Below, one piece after another: positions 35,090 to 45,487 of a DNA stretch of 64,000 nucleotides (position 1 is its first letter; each line of letters begins with the position of its first letter). Source of the stretch: Candidatus Iainarchaeum sp. (GTDB lineage Archaea > Iainarchaeota > Iainarchaeia > Iainarchaeales > GCA-2688035). The position numbers were made by a program, and so were the translations under genes. The stretch spans positions 1 to 64,000 of the forward strand of contig JAFCCO010000003.1 in the NCBI GenBank assembly GCA_017610175.1, written 5' to 3'. The notes beneath the pieces are model-generated. The model was not told where the DNA came from. It ran no database searches and was given only the letters and a program-made list of their open reading frames with translations.

Positions 35090-36346
35090 CTAAAGTACGG
35101 TACCCGTTGAATATGTGGCAAATGCCCTGTCTATTTTTACCACTGCAAATTCCCCAAGAAGATTCTGTTCAACCACAACCGCCTTGTAGCCACCGGTTCT
35201 TCCCACAAAGTTCCCCTTTGAACCCTGCTCTGAAACAAATATTTCCTGCTCTGTCCCGACAAAAAGCATGTGCCTTGCAAGTGAAGCTTTGCCCTGCAAA
35301 TCCAGAAGAACACGGCTCCGCTTATTCATTACGCCCCCATGTATCTGATCTTTCATAAAAAAAGCCGCAGTATTGGGGCGCGCTCCAAACTTTGAGACAT
35401 TAATCACATCGGGCTGGATTTCCCTGACAAAATCAAGAGTTTCCCCAAAATCCTCTTCGCTTTCACCCGGAAACCCAACAATTATATCTGTCGCGATTGA
35501 AGCCTTTGGAATGTCAGCCCTAATTTTCCTGCAAAGGGCCAGCGCTGTTTTTGCCGAGTACTGCCGGTTCATTGCATTAAGCACACGGTTGGAGCCGCTT
35601 TGGATGGGAATGTGAAAAAACTTGTACAGCCTGGGGTCATCAAACAATGCAATGTACTCGCCGTAAAATTTCTCAAGGTGATTGGGATTCATCATTCCGA
35701 CACGCAGCCTGAATTTTTTGTTTGTTAAAGCCAGAAGCTTTTGGATGAGTTCAGGAAGGGAAGTTTCAATATCAAAACCGTAACAGCCAGAGTCCTGCGC
35801 AGTAATCCAAATTTCTTTCCCCTGCGAAACGGCTTCAAGAAACTTTGCCTCAATTAGTTCAGGTGAATGGCTTTTTAGTTCGCCCCTTGCATTCTTAACC
35901 GCGCAATAAGCGCATTTCCCCAAACAACCCTCTGCAATTGGGATTATTGAAATGAATTCGCTGAAAGAAACCTCTTTGACCGCAAGCACACTGTCGGGGG
36001 AATCCATGCCAAGCGCAGAGGCAAGCTCGTCCAAAGAGGGACCGACAAGGATTGCGTTTTTGGAAACATCTTTCAAAGCGTCTGCGTTTACTTTGGGCAG
36101 GCAACCGCACACAACAAGCGTTGATTTTAATTCTTTTGACACGGCAGTAAGTTCCTTCAGGCGGCGAACCATCTTGTGCTCGGTCTTGGTTTTTACCGCG
36201 CAAGAGTTCATCAAAATCAATGATGCTTTCTCAGGGCTTTCAACCCTCGAATAGCCCCTGGATTTTAGCAGGCCTGCAATTGCCCCCCCTCCAGCCTGAT
36301 TCAGGCTGCAGCCATAGCTCTCCAGATAAAAAGTTTTGTTCTGCAT
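35090..36346 (-). CDS. MiaB-like radical SAM tRNA methylthiotransferase (archaeal MtaB type)
   Basis: ESYGCSLN, NSCAVK, GCLP (UPF0004), CLGKCAYC radical SAM motif, HIPIQSGS, TDIIVGFPGE and TRAM domain. Confidence 0.93.
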   Translation of the reverse strand: MQNKTFYLESYGCSLNQAGGGAIAGLLKSRGYSRVESPEKASLILMNSCAVKTKTEHKMVRRLKELTAVSKELKSTLVVCGCLPKVNADALKDVSKNAILVGPSLDELASALGMDSPDSVLAVKEVSFSEFISIIPIAEGCLGKCAYCAVKNARGELKSHSPELIEAKFLEAVSQGKEIWITAQDSGCYGFDIETSLPELIQKLLALTNKKFRLRVGMMNPNHLEKFYGEYIALFDDPRLYKFFHIPIQSGSNRVLNAMNRQYSAKTALALCRKIRADIPKASIATDIIVGFPGESEEDFGETLDFVREIQPDVINVSKFGARPNTAAFFMKDQIHGGVMNKRSRVLLDLQGKASLARHMLFVGTEQEIFVSEQGSKGNFVGRTGGYKAVVVEQNLLGEFAVVKIDRAFATYSTGTVL

Positions 36347-36373
36347 AAAAAAGAACCTGGCCCGCAAGGTTTC

Positions 36374-36901
36374 TTATAGCTTTATTTTTTCAAGCGCAAC
36401 CCTTGAAACCCATCCAAGAAGCCCTGAAAGAACAAACAAGTAGAATGCACTTGTTCTCCAGCGCATGAAGAAAAGCCTTGTGGCCTCATCCAAGGTCATT
36501 ACGCGCCCCGCAAGCTGCGCATAATTTCCAATATACCAGAAGATGGCAATGTAAAACGCAGCCATGGATAACGCCAAGAAAAGAACAGGAAGTAAAACTG
36601 AAAACCCCGGTTTCTTCTCAAAGTAATCGTTTATCCAGTCAATTAGGAAAAACATTAAGAAAAATCCAACAACAGGCAAAAGGAAGTACATCGGGCTTGT
36701 GAATTCGGGAACCGGAAGGAAAATGTTTGCAAAGGGAATTTCATTCACCATCTCCCCGATTGCCTTGTTTGCCATACCCAGCGAGAACAAAAGACCGTAG
36801 CCCAAAACGAAAAGGAATGCCGCAATCACATTCCTGTTTGCGCCTGAAACCACTGAATCGCCTGAGTGATTTTCTCCCGCTTGCTCTTTTTCATTTGCCA
36901 C
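36374..36901 (-). CDS. Membrane protein, unknown function
   Basis: About 4 TM helices; probable GTG start at 36901 (the longer ORF overlaps rfcS). Confidence 0.65.
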   Translation of the reverse strand: MANEKEQAGENHSGDSVVSGANRNVIAAFLFVLGYGLLFSLGMANKAIGEMVNEIPFANIFLPVPEFTSPMYFLLPVVGFFLMFFLIDWINDYFEKKPGFSVLLPVLFLALSMAAFYIAIFWYIGNYAQLAGRVMTLDEATRLFFMRWRTSAFYLFVLSGLLGWVSRVALEKIKL

Positions 36902-36998
36902 AAAAACAGCCCCTTTCCAATCAGTAAGAGATAGTGCACTATTATGTTTATAACGGTTTTCTTGCCCTAAATAATTTAAATCTGTTTTGGTGAGAAAA

Positions 36999-37961
36999 AT
37001 GGCGATAGAGCTTCCGTGGATTGAAAAATACAGGCCAAAATACCTAAAAGAGGTAATTGGGCAAAAAGACACCATGGCCAGGCTAAAGAGTTATGTGAAA
37101 AGCAGAAACTGCCCGCACATGATGTTTTCAGGCCCTGCAGGGGTTGGAAAGACCTCTGCCGCCGTTGCACTTGCCCGCGAATTTTTTGGGGATGACTACG
37201 AGCGCAATTTTCTTGAACTAAACGCAAGTGACGAGCGTGGAATAGATGTTGTAAGAAACACAATCAAGGACTTTGCAAGAACACTTGCATTCAATGCCGA
37301 ATTCAAAATAATTTTTCTTGACGAGAGTGACGCGCTTACAAGCGACGCACAGCAGGCGCTGAGAAGGACAATGGAAAAGTACACAAAGACCTGCCGCTTT
37401 GTCCTAAGCTGCAATTACAGCTCCAGAATTATTGAACCCATTCAAAGCAGGTGCGTTGTGTTCAGGTACAAGCCGCTTTCAAGCAAGGAAATAGAGGCAA
37501 GGCTTGATGAAATAGCAAAGCTTGAAAATGTGACATTCGATAAGAAGGCACTTGAAGCAATAATTTACGTAAGCTCAGGGGACATGCGAAAAGCGGTTAA
37601 CGTACTGCAGGCAACATCCTCTTTGGAAAAGAACGTTACAGAAGAAAACGTTTTCAACGTAAGCAGCAGGGCAAGGCCTGCCGAAATAAAAGAAATGATT
37701 TCATTTGCATTCAAAGGGGATTTTTTGGAAGCAAGAAAAAGGCTTGACTCACTGATGTACGAGTACGGAATGTCGGGCGAAGATGTTATTATGCAGATGT
37801 TTCGCGAACTCATGGCAATGCCGGAGGAAGAAATTGACTCCAAGGCAAAAATCGGGTTGGTTGATGTGATTGGAGAATACAATTTCAGGCTGGTGGAAGG
37901 GGCAAACGAAAGAATTCAGCTTGAAGCCCTGCTTGCACAGTTCATGAAATTCAAGAAATAA
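36999..37961 (+). CDS. rfcS: Replication factor C small subunit
   Basis: PWIEKYRP, GPAGVGKT, LELNASDERGIDVVR, LDESDALT, AQQALRRTME and SRC motifs; no intein. Confidence 0.97.
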   Translation: MAIELPWIEKYRPKYLKEVIGQKDTMARLKSYVKSRNCPHMMFSGPAGVGKTSAAVALAREFFGDDYERNFLELNASDERGIDVVRNTIKDFARTLAFNAEFKIIFLDESDALTSDAQQALRRTMEKYTKTCRFVLSCNYSSRIIEPIQSRCVVFRYKPLSSKEIEARLDEIAKLENVTFDKKALEAIIYVSSGDMRKAVNVLQATSSLEKNVTEENVFNVSSRARPAEIKEMISFAFKGDFLEARKRLDSLMYEYGMSGEDVIMQMFRELMAMPEEEIDSKAKIGLVDVIGEYNFRLVEGANERIQLEALLAQFMKFKK

Positions 37962-37962
37962 A

Positions 37963-38268
37963 TCAATCTAATTTTGACAGCTTGCCCGGACGCCTTGCGC
38001 CCTTGCTTTTTCCAAGGAAAAAATAAAAGAATGCAAAAATTGAGTGCTCAACAAGGTAAAGCACAACCATCCCTGAAATGAAATAAAATTTGCTTTCCTC
38101 CGTAAGGAAATCAAACGTAGGATTTGAAGCCTCAACAGACTCCCCTAAAATGGATGTGCGAATCTGGCCCGCAAAATTGAACAGGAAAAATATGACCACA
38201 ACAGTTACTGCAAAAGCAAGAACTATTGAGAGAAGATACTCAAACTGCACCTGAGCACGCGAATCCAT
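37963..38268 (-). CDS. Class III signal peptide protein with second TM helix
   Basis: MDSRA|QVQFEYLLSIVLAF; second hydrophobic helix near the C-terminus. Confidence 0.65.
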   Translation of the reverse strand: MDSRAQVQFEYLLSIVLAFAVTVVVIFFLFNFAGQIRTSILGESVEASNPTFDFLTEESKFYFISGMVVLYLVEHSIFAFFYFFLGKSKGARRPGKLSKLD

Positions 38269-38293
38269 GGCAAAAAATAGGGATTCCGACTAT

Positions 38294-39526
38294 TTAAAAC
38301 CATTGGCTTAAGGTTCTTTGGTGCTTCAAGTGGTCCAAAAGCCTGCTTGTTTTGTTGTAGTCGCGCATTGGAATTTTTAATTTGCGTGAAAGAAACGAAA
38401 GGGAAAGGGAAAGGGAAGAAAACGAAAGCGGTTTGCCCTGAAGTGCGTGCCTGACATTTTCCCTAATCTGCCACACCCCAAGCGGAACCTTGTAGTCCTT
38501 TCCAATCTCCCTGAAAACAATTACCGCCGCCTGGCGCTTCTTTAAAGCAAGGTATTCTGCAACCGCAAGCCTTGCGGCATAATATGCCCCCTCAGTATTG
38601 CTTGCATAGGTTTTGCGCCCGCCGTAAAACTCGTGGTCCTGAATTATTGTAAAAGATTTTGCATTCACTGCCCAGCTTCCCCCTGGAAGCCAGCACTCAA
38701 GCTGCTCAAACGCCCACGAGCCCGGGACAAGCAAAACCCAAAAGTCGTTGTCAAGATAATTGCTGTGGAAAAGCATGAACTCGGAAATTTGCTGAAAACC
38801 CTTTACCTTTTCATCAATTATTTCCCCGCTAATGTTGCTGTCAACCGCAGTAATTGCCCACCTTGTCGGGACAAGCTTTCTCTTCTTCTTAACGCCAAGC
38901 GTTCCCGCCGAGAGGAGCTTGTGCAGTGAGTTTACGGGGATTCCTGAGGAATAAAGTTCAAGCATTGCGGTCTTGCTCTTTGCATTCGTATCCGAAACAA
39001 GATAATCAACCTTTTTTGGAATCTTTGGATTGCCCTCAAGCGAGAACTTTTTCAAAAATCCAACAGGCCCCATAGGGGCAACCCCCTCATCAAACAAAAG
39101 ATTCGGGGAAAGCTTCTTGCTCAAGTCTATGTTTACTGTGACCGGCTCGGAGGACATGGCAAGCTCCTGAATCTCAACCAAGCCATAGGATGGATTGCTT
39201 GCCTCGGTTGCATCAATCATCTTGTTTGGGCGGATAAGCTGCTGCCTCATTGAAATTATTCTCTCCTGCGGCAGGCCAAACCAGCGCTCAGGGGAATCAA
39301 GCAACGAAGTGTCATTGAGAATTGGGGGGCTTAAGGGCGCAATTGAAACCTTGGGATATGATTTCCAGCCAACAAAAACGGACGGAGGGGAATTTCCCGA
39401 AAAATTTGTTCCCTTAATTGTGTTCGCGGAGCTCTTGAAAAAATTCTGCTTTTCCAGAATGGGACAGCTTTTCAGGCCGCATAACAGCTTTCCCTTGCAT
39501 TTAATGCACAGCTTGGGGGAAATCAT
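38294..39526 (-). CDS. nreA: Archaeal DNA repair protein Nre (PCNA-interacting)
   Basis: CIKCKGKLLCGLKSCP zinc motif, SPPSVFVG, RKLVPTRWAITAVD, PLGVWQIRENVR and C-terminal PIP box QRTLSQWF. Confidence 0.92.
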   Translation of the reverse strand: MISPKLCIKCKGKLLCGLKSCPILEKQNFFKSSANTIKGTNFSGNSPPSVFVGWKSYPKVSIAPLSPPILNDTSLLDSPERWFGLPQERIISMRQQLIRPNKMIDATEASNPSYGLVEIQELAMSSEPVTVNIDLSKKLSPNLLFDEGVAPMGPVGFLKKFSLEGNPKIPKKVDYLVSDTNAKSKTAMLELYSSGIPVNSLHKLLSAGTLGVKKKRKLVPTRWAITAVDSNISGEIIDEKVKGFQQISEFMLFHSNYLDNDFWVLLVPGSWAFEQLECWLPGGSWAVNAKSFTIIQDHEFYGGRKTYASNTEGAYYAARLAVAEYLALKKRQAAVIVFREIGKDYKVPLGVWQIRENVRHALQGKPLSFSSLSLSLSFLSRKLKIPMRDYNKTSRLLDHLKHQRTLSQWF

Positions 39527-39679
39527 AAAATAGTATTTGGCAAGGAAACGAGTTAAAGCTTTGCAGGGCAATTTTCCACTATTATTGATTCATTTATATA
39601 AGGAACGGCAATTGCGGAACACAGAAAAGGGTTTTATTCTTTATTCTGCCTGAATTAATGCATAGGGGGAGTAAAAACT

Positions 39680-41419
39680 ATGAAAAAAATTGACTGGAGC
39701 AATGAAGAGGAAAGACACAGGTTCTGGCACAGCAGCAGCCACGTGCTTGCGGCAGCGGTGAAAAAACTTTATCCCGGCGTTAAGTTTGCAATCGGCCCCC
39801 CGATTGAAAACGGATTCTACTACGACTTTGATGTTGAAAAGCCATTCACTCCGCAAGACCTTAAGAAAATCCAGAAACAGGCAAAGAAGTTTGCAGGCGG
39901 AAGCCACAAATTCGAGCACAAGGAAATTGGATTTGCAGAAGCCGAAAAAATGTTTAAAGACCAGCCATACAAGCTTGAGTTGATTAATGATTTGAAAAAT
40001 GCAGGCGAGAAAAAATTAAGCATTTATACAAGCGGCGATTTTGTTGACTTATGCAAGGGACCGCACCTTAAAGGAACCGAAGAAATTAAGGCAATAAAAT
40101 TGCTGAAGGTTGCAGGCGCATACTGGAAAGGCAGCGAGAAAAACAAGATGCTGCAGAGAATTTATGGAATTGCATTCCCTGAAAAAGAAATGCTTGAGGT
40201 TTGGGTGAAGCAAAGGGAAGAAGCGGCAAAAAGAAACCACCTCAAAATAGGAAAAGAACTTGACCTGTTCAGCATGCATGAGGAAAGCCCGGGAATTCCT
40301 TTCTTCCACGGCAAAGGAATGGTTGTGTGGAACGAACTTGCAAAGCTGTGGAGAGAAGAGCACGCAAAGCGCGGTTATGAGGAATTGAACACCCCAATAA
40401 TTCTGAAAAAAATCCTGTGGGAACAAAGCGGACACTGGGACCACTACAAGGAAAACATGTATTTTACAAAAGTAGATGACGAGGATTACGCAATAAAGCC
40501 AATGAACTGCCCGGGTGGAATACTGATATTCAAAACAGCCAGGCACAGCTACAAGGACTTGCCGATTAGGGCAGGGGAAATGGGAGTGGTTCACAGGCAT
40601 GAGCTCAGCGGAGTGCTGAACGGGCTGTTTAGGGTTAGAAAATTCACGCAGGACGACGCACACATATTCTGCACAGAGGAGCAGATTGCACAAGAAATTG
40701 TGGGTGTAATAGACCTTGTTGATTTCTTCTACACAAAAATATTTGGATTCGAATACCACGTTGAACTAAGCACCATGCCTGAAAATGCACTTGGAAGCAA
40801 GGAAACATGGGACACTGCAGAGAACGCATTAAAGAAAGCCATGACCTCGAAGAAAATGAATTTTAAAGTGAACGAGGGAGATGGAGCATTCTACGGGCCA
40901 AAAATTGACTTCCACATAAAGGATTCGATGGGAAGGACCTGGCAGTGCGCAACAATCCAGCTGGACTTTGCAATGCCTGAAAAGTTCTCGCTTGAATACA
41001 TTGGGAAGGATGACAAGCCGCACAGGCCAGTAATGATTCACAGAGTAGTATATGGAAGCATGGAACGCTTTATGGGAATCCTAATAGAGCACTATGCGGG
41101 CGCGTTCCCGCTCTGGCTAAACCCTGTTCAGGTTGCGATTGTTCCAATTGCCGACAGGCACGCGGATTACGCGGAAAAAGTTGGGGCAGAAATGCTGGAC
41201 AAGGGAATAAGGGTTGAAGTCGATTCAAGAGGGGAAAGTGTCGCATACAAAATAAGGCACTGGCAGAAGCTTAAAGCCAACTACATCTTAGTCATTGGAG
41301 ACAACGAAAAGAAGAACAAGACGGTGAATGTAAGGACACGCGATGGAAAAGTCCTTGGCGAAAAGAATGTAAAGGAATTTATTGAAGAAACCATGGAAAA
41401 AACCTGCAAAAGGGAATAA
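39680..41419 (+). CDS. thrS: Threonine--tRNA ligase, bacterial type without the TGS domain
   Basis: HSSSH and DLCKGPH editing-domain motifs, KPMNCPG, HRHELSG, FTQDDAHIFC, GAFYGPKID and anticodon-binding domain. Confidence 0.97.
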   Translation: MKKIDWSNEEERHRFWHSSSHVLAAAVKKLYPGVKFAIGPPIENGFYYDFDVEKPFTPQDLKKIQKQAKKFAGGSHKFEHKEIGFAEAEKMFKDQPYKLELINDLKNAGEKKLSIYTSGDFVDLCKGPHLKGTEEIKAIKLLKVAGAYWKGSEKNKMLQRIYGIAFPEKEMLEVWVKQREEAAKRNHLKIGKELDLFSMHEESPGIPFFHGKGMVVWNELAKLWREEHAKRGYEELNTPIILKKILWEQSGHWDHYKENMYFTKVDDEDYAIKPMNCPGGILIFKTARHSYKDLPIRAGEMGVVHRHELSGVLNGLFRVRKFTQDDAHIFCTEEQIAQEIVGVIDLVDFFYTKIFGFEYHVELSTMPENALGSKETWDTAENALKKAMTSKKMNFKVNEGDGAFYGPKIDFHIKDSMGRTWQCATIQLDFAMPEKFSLEYIGKDDKPHRPVMIHRVVYGSMERFMGILIEHYAGAFPLWLNPVQVAIVPIADRHADYAEKVGAEMLDKGIRVEVDSRGESVAYKIRHWQKLKANYILVIGDNEKKNKTVNVRTRDGKVLGEKNVKEFIEETMEKTCKRE

Positions 41420-41478
41420 GGCAAAACCCCCTCGGAAAGGTTTAAATAAAACAATTGCCTTCTTTATCTGATTTTTCT

Positions 41479-43368
41479 ATGCCTAAAACGGATTACTTAA
41501 AGGAACTTATGGAGAAAGTGAAGGCGGCTAAAAAAAAGCAGCCAGTGGAAGCTCCTGAAAAAGAAGAAGAAGCACCAGTAGAGGAATTTGAATCCCCTAA
41601 AGACGTACCCGCCCCAATCCAACAAATCGAAAGTATTCCAACAGTTTCTGAAAAAGACAAGATTTCACAGGAAATGGAGGATTTGCTTAAGCAGCCCACC
41701 CCCCAACCAAAAGCTGTTGCAGAACCGATTCCAGAACCTGCGAAAACAGTCCCTGTGGCAGTACCCGAACCAACCCCTGCAACAGCTCCAATTGAAGAGC
41801 CTGTTGTCGCAACAAGGGATGAAGTTCAGGCAAAGGAAAGTGTGGCTGAAGGGGTTGCGGAGATTCCAAAAGAAGAGCCTGTTGAGAAAAAAAGCGAAGC
41901 AGAAAAAGACATAGAAAAGGCTGGGAAAAAAATTGAGGTTGCAAGCTACGGCGATGTAAAAATTTACAAGATTCCCGGAAAGCCACTTCTTTACTACTTT
42001 ATTCCAGTCCCGCGATCCACTGGGGCGGAAAAAACAATAATCAACACAATAAAAGAAGCCGCAACAAGGCTAATCACAATCTCACCCTACAAAATAAGGG
42101 AACCAGAGCAAAGAAGGGCGGTTTACAAGCAAAAGATTATGGAAATTCTCAGGGGAAGCCCGGAACTGCGGATTCCTGAAAGAAGATTTGAATTTTACAC
42201 AGATGCTGTTGTAAGGGAAATGGTCGGCTATGGCATAATAGACCCGCTTGTAAGGGACGATAAGCTTGAGGAAATTATGGTCATAGGCCCAAAGAAGCCT
42301 GTTTACCTATTCCACAGGGATTATGAAATGATGACCTCAAACATTGAGTTTTACAACGATCAGGAAATTATTGATTTGATAAACAGAATTGCAAGGGAAA
42401 TAGGTAGAAGGGTTGACATAAGCTCGCCGCTGCTGGATGCACGCCTGCCTGACGGCAGCAGGGTCAACGCCACAATCCCCCCGGCTTCCGTCGCAGGTTC
42501 AACAATTACAATCAGAAAATTCAGAAAACAGCCATACAGCGTAATTGACCTTATTAATATGAACACGCTTTCAGCGGAATGCGCTGCCTTCCTCTGGCTT
42601 GCGGTTGAAGGGCTTGGAGTGAAACCGGCAAACGTGCTGATTGCAGGGGGGACCGGTTCAGGAAAAACCACCCTGCTCAACGTCCTTGCATCATTTGTTC
42701 CGGAAAATGAAAGAATTGTCACAATTGAAGACACCGCCGAATTGAATTTGCCGCTCAAGCACCTAATCCGCATGGAAGCAAGACCGCCTGGGCTTGAGGG
42801 AAAGGGTGAACTGACACTGGACATTCTGACAAAAAACAGCCTCAGGATGAGACCCGACAGGATATTGGTTGGGGAAATAAGGCACGACGAAGCATTCAGC
42901 CTGTTCACCGCAATGAACACAGGCCACGCAGGAAGCATGGGAACGGTGCACGCAAACAGCGCGCAGGAAACACTTATCAGAATAAAAAGCCCCCCAATGT
43001 CCGTTCCGGAAGTAATGCTCAGCGGACTGGATCTTATCCTAATAGAGCACAGAATCCACGACAAGAAAAAGGGAACAATAAGAAGGCTTACTGAAATTGC
43101 AGAAGTGACAGGCGTGCTTGTGGGAAAGGCACAAACGCAAACAATTTTCGAACGCGACCCTGTGGAAGACTCAATAATCAAAACAAACGTTCCAATAAGC
43201 TATCTCAAAGAACTGCAGGACTTTTCCGGATTCAGCAGAAAGCAAATTGACGCAGAACTCAATGACAGAGCAGCACTGCTAAATACCCTGGTTAAAAAAA
43301 ATATACACTTAATGGAAGACGTGCACAAAGAAATGCAAAACTATTTGTTGAAAAAGAAGGAAGCTTAA
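41479..43368 (+). CDS. Type IV pilus assembly ATPase (CpaF/VirB11 family) with Pro/Glu-rich N-terminal extension
   Basis: DARLPDGSRVNA, TIRKF, GGTGSGKTT, TIEDTAEL, LRMRPDRILVGEIR and AMNTGH motifs. Confidence 0.95.
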   Translation: MPKTDYLKELMEKVKAAKKKQPVEAPEKEEEAPVEEFESPKDVPAPIQQIESIPTVSEKDKISQEMEDLLKQPTPQPKAVAEPIPEPAKTVPVAVPEPTPATAPIEEPVVATRDEVQAKESVAEGVAEIPKEEPVEKKSEAEKDIEKAGKKIEVASYGDVKIYKIPGKPLLYYFIPVPRSTGAEKTIINTIKEAATRLITISPYKIREPEQRRAVYKQKIMEILRGSPELRIPERRFEFYTDAVVREMVGYGIIDPLVRDDKLEEIMVIGPKKPVYLFHRDYEMMTSNIEFYNDQEIIDLINRIAREIGRRVDISSPLLDARLPDGSRVNATIPPASVAGSTITIRKFRKQPYSVIDLINMNTLSAECAAFLWLAVEGLGVKPANVLIAGGTGSGKTTLLNVLASFVPENERIVTIEDTAELNLPLKHLIRMEARPPGLEGKGELTLDILTKNSLRMRPDRILVGEIRHDEAFSLFTAMNTGHAGSMGTVHANSAQETLIRIKSPPMSVPEVMLSGLDLILIEHRIHDKKKGTIRRLTEIAEVTGVLVGKAQTQTIFERDPVEDSIIKTNVPISYLKELQDFSGFSRKQIDAELNDRAALLNTLVKKNIHLMEDVHKEMQNYLLKKKEA

Positions 43369-44550
43369 ATGGCAAACCTCAATTTTCTGAAGAAAAAGAT
43401 TTCCGAAAAAAACAAGCAAAAGAAACAGAACTTAGGCGAGCCCAAAGACGCAAAAGAAGAAGCCGTGGACATGGACCGCGTTGAACAAATTGTAAAGACA
43501 ATGAAGAAAAAGTACAAGGAACAGGGAATCGAATTTGAAGAAGTCGGCGGGAGATTAAGGGAACTGCGCGGAATAATAGCAGAGGGACGCACGGGGGAAA
43601 TTGAAATACAAAAAGTTGAAGCCCTTCCCGACATGAAAAATCCAATTGTCAAAACGGTCGGCAATGTTTACATCAAAATGAGAAAAATTTTCGAGCCCAT
43701 CACAAAGCTCGCAATCAGGCTTCCACAATTTGATATGCTTGCATTCTACCTTTATTCCGCAAACATGAGATATTCCGCAAGGCAATATCTTGCATTATCG
43801 GTTACAGGCGCGGGAATAATTCTTGCATTTGCATTTTTTATAATAAGCATTATCATTGCATTGCTTGACATCCCACTAATCACAAAGGTTCTGCTAATTC
43901 CGCTTGTGTCAGTGTTTGTATTCTTCTTTTCACTCATAGTACTGCTGCTTATTCCAAGCCAAAAGGCAAAAGAAAGGGGCGCTGCAATAAGCATAGAACT
44001 TCCGTTTGCACTGCGGCACATGGCAACAGAACTTAGGGCGGGAATAGGTCTGTACAGGACAATTCAAGCTATTGCCACCGCAGGCTATGGTGCGCTAAGT
44101 GAAGAGTTTGCACGCACAATAAACGAAATTGAAGAGGGGACAGACACAAAAGATGCACTAAGGCACCTTGCACTAAGAACACAAAGCCAGGCACTAAGAA
44201 ACGCACTCATGCACATAATCAGGGCACTTAAAACAGGCGGAAACCTAAGCGAAATAATGAACGATATCGCAGAGGATGTTGCATTTGAGCTAAGAATGAG
44301 CACAAGGGATTTTGCCGCCAAAATGAACTTTTTTGGGGTAATATTCATTTTTGCAGCCATAGTAATGCCAGTTATAATTGCCATACTTGGCGGAATAAGA
44401 AACAGCCCGATCGGGGAATCAGGGGGAGTAAGCTTTAAGGACATGCTTCCGCTTGGGCCTGAAGTAATTGCGGGAATATACCTAATACTAATGCCCCTTA
44501 TGCTGCTCATGTTTATACTGTACATAAAAGCTTCTCAACCAAAGGTGTAA
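43369..44550 (+). CDS. Type II secretion system F / TadC-like pilus platform protein
   Basis: ELPFALRHMATELRAG, YGALSEEF, GGNLSEIM and TM helices. Confidence 0.9.
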   Translation: MANLNFLKKKISEKNKQKKQNLGEPKDAKEEAVDMDRVEQIVKTMKKKYKEQGIEFEEVGGRLRELRGIIAEGRTGEIEIQKVEALPDMKNPIVKTVGNVYIKMRKIFEPITKLAIRLPQFDMLAFYLYSANMRYSARQYLALSVTGAGIILAFAFFIISIIIALLDIPLITKVLLIPLVSVFVFFFSLIVLLLIPSQKAKERGAAISIELPFALRHMATELRAGIGLYRTIQAIATAGYGALSEEFARTINEIEEGTDTKDALRHLALRTQSQALRNALMHIIRALKTGGNLSEIMNDIAEDVAFELRMSTRDFAAKMNFFGVIFIFAAIVMPVIIAILGGIRNSPIGESGGVSFKDMLPLGPEVIAGIYLILMPLMLLMFILYIKASQPKV

Positions 44551-44554
44551 CAAG

Positions 44555-45487
44555 ATGGCTAGACAAAATTTGATTAAAAAACTGCTGGAAAAATACAAGT
44601 GGTATTTGAAAAGGGCAGACTTCAATATCCCTGTAGAAGTCTGGGTGCCGGTTTCGTTCGGCCTGGCAATAGCCTCCGCCGTAATCCTGTTCCTGTTTAT
44701 TGCCCTGTTAAATTTGCCTGTAAGCCCACTAATGTCGCTTATAATTTTCCTGGTTGTAGTTGACTTAATGCTTGGATACCCCTACATAAAGGCAACTTCA
44801 AGAATTGATGCAATGGAAGCCGCCTTGCCGGATGCACTAAAGCAAATGGCGGACACACTCAAAGCAGGCGGAACATACGAATACGCACTGCGTGAAATTG
44901 CAACATCACAATACGGGCCGCTTACAAAGGAAATGGGCCTTGCATTGAGAAAACTAGAGGAGGGTGAAACCCTTGAAAACAGCCTCAAAACTTTTGCAGA
45001 CAACATAGGGTCAAGGCTAATAAGCAGAAGTGTTGCGGTAATAATTGACAGCATAAAGGCAGGAGCCGGGCTTGCAACAGTCCTTGATGAAATTGCAGAA
45101 GACATAAGGGCAATGCACAGAATAGGGCGTGAAAGAAGAAGCGGAACCGCCCTCCAAGTAATGTTTATGGTTGCGGCAGGAAGCCTTGTTGCCCCAATAA
45201 TTCTCGGACTAGTTTCAAGCATAATTGGGCTCTTTATTCAGGCTTCAGCAGCACTTGACATAACCGCCGCGCAAAAAGCCCAAGCACTGAGCGTAAAAGA
45301 CATGATTGTGTTTCTGATGCAATCATACATCCTAGTTGAGGTAACTGCCTCAGGAGTTATGGTATCTTTAATGCGAAACGGAAACATAAGCAAAAGTATT
45401 ATATACATCCCTATCCTCTTACTAGTAGCGTATATTACATACTATACCTCGTCATTTGTATCAATGATAGCAATTGGAGGAGTTTAA
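44555..45487 (+). CDS. Type II secretion system F / TadC-like pilus platform protein
   Basis: LPDALKQMADTLKAG, YGPLTKEM, GAGLATVLDEIA and TM helices. Confidence 0.9.
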   Translation: MARQNLIKKLLEKYKWYLKRADFNIPVEVWVPVSFGLAIASAVILFLFIALLNLPVSPLMSLIIFLVVVDLMLGYPYIKATSRIDAMEAALPDALKQMADTLKAGGTYEYALREIATSQYGPLTKEMGLALRKLEEGETLENSLKTFADNIGSRLISRSVAVIIDSIKAGAGLATVLDEIAEDIRAMHRIGRERRSGTALQVMFMVAAGSLVAPIILGLVSSIIGLFIQASAALDITAAQKAQALSVKDMIVFLMQSYILVEVTASGVMVSLMRNGNISKSIIYIPILLLVAYITYYTSSFVSMIAIGGV

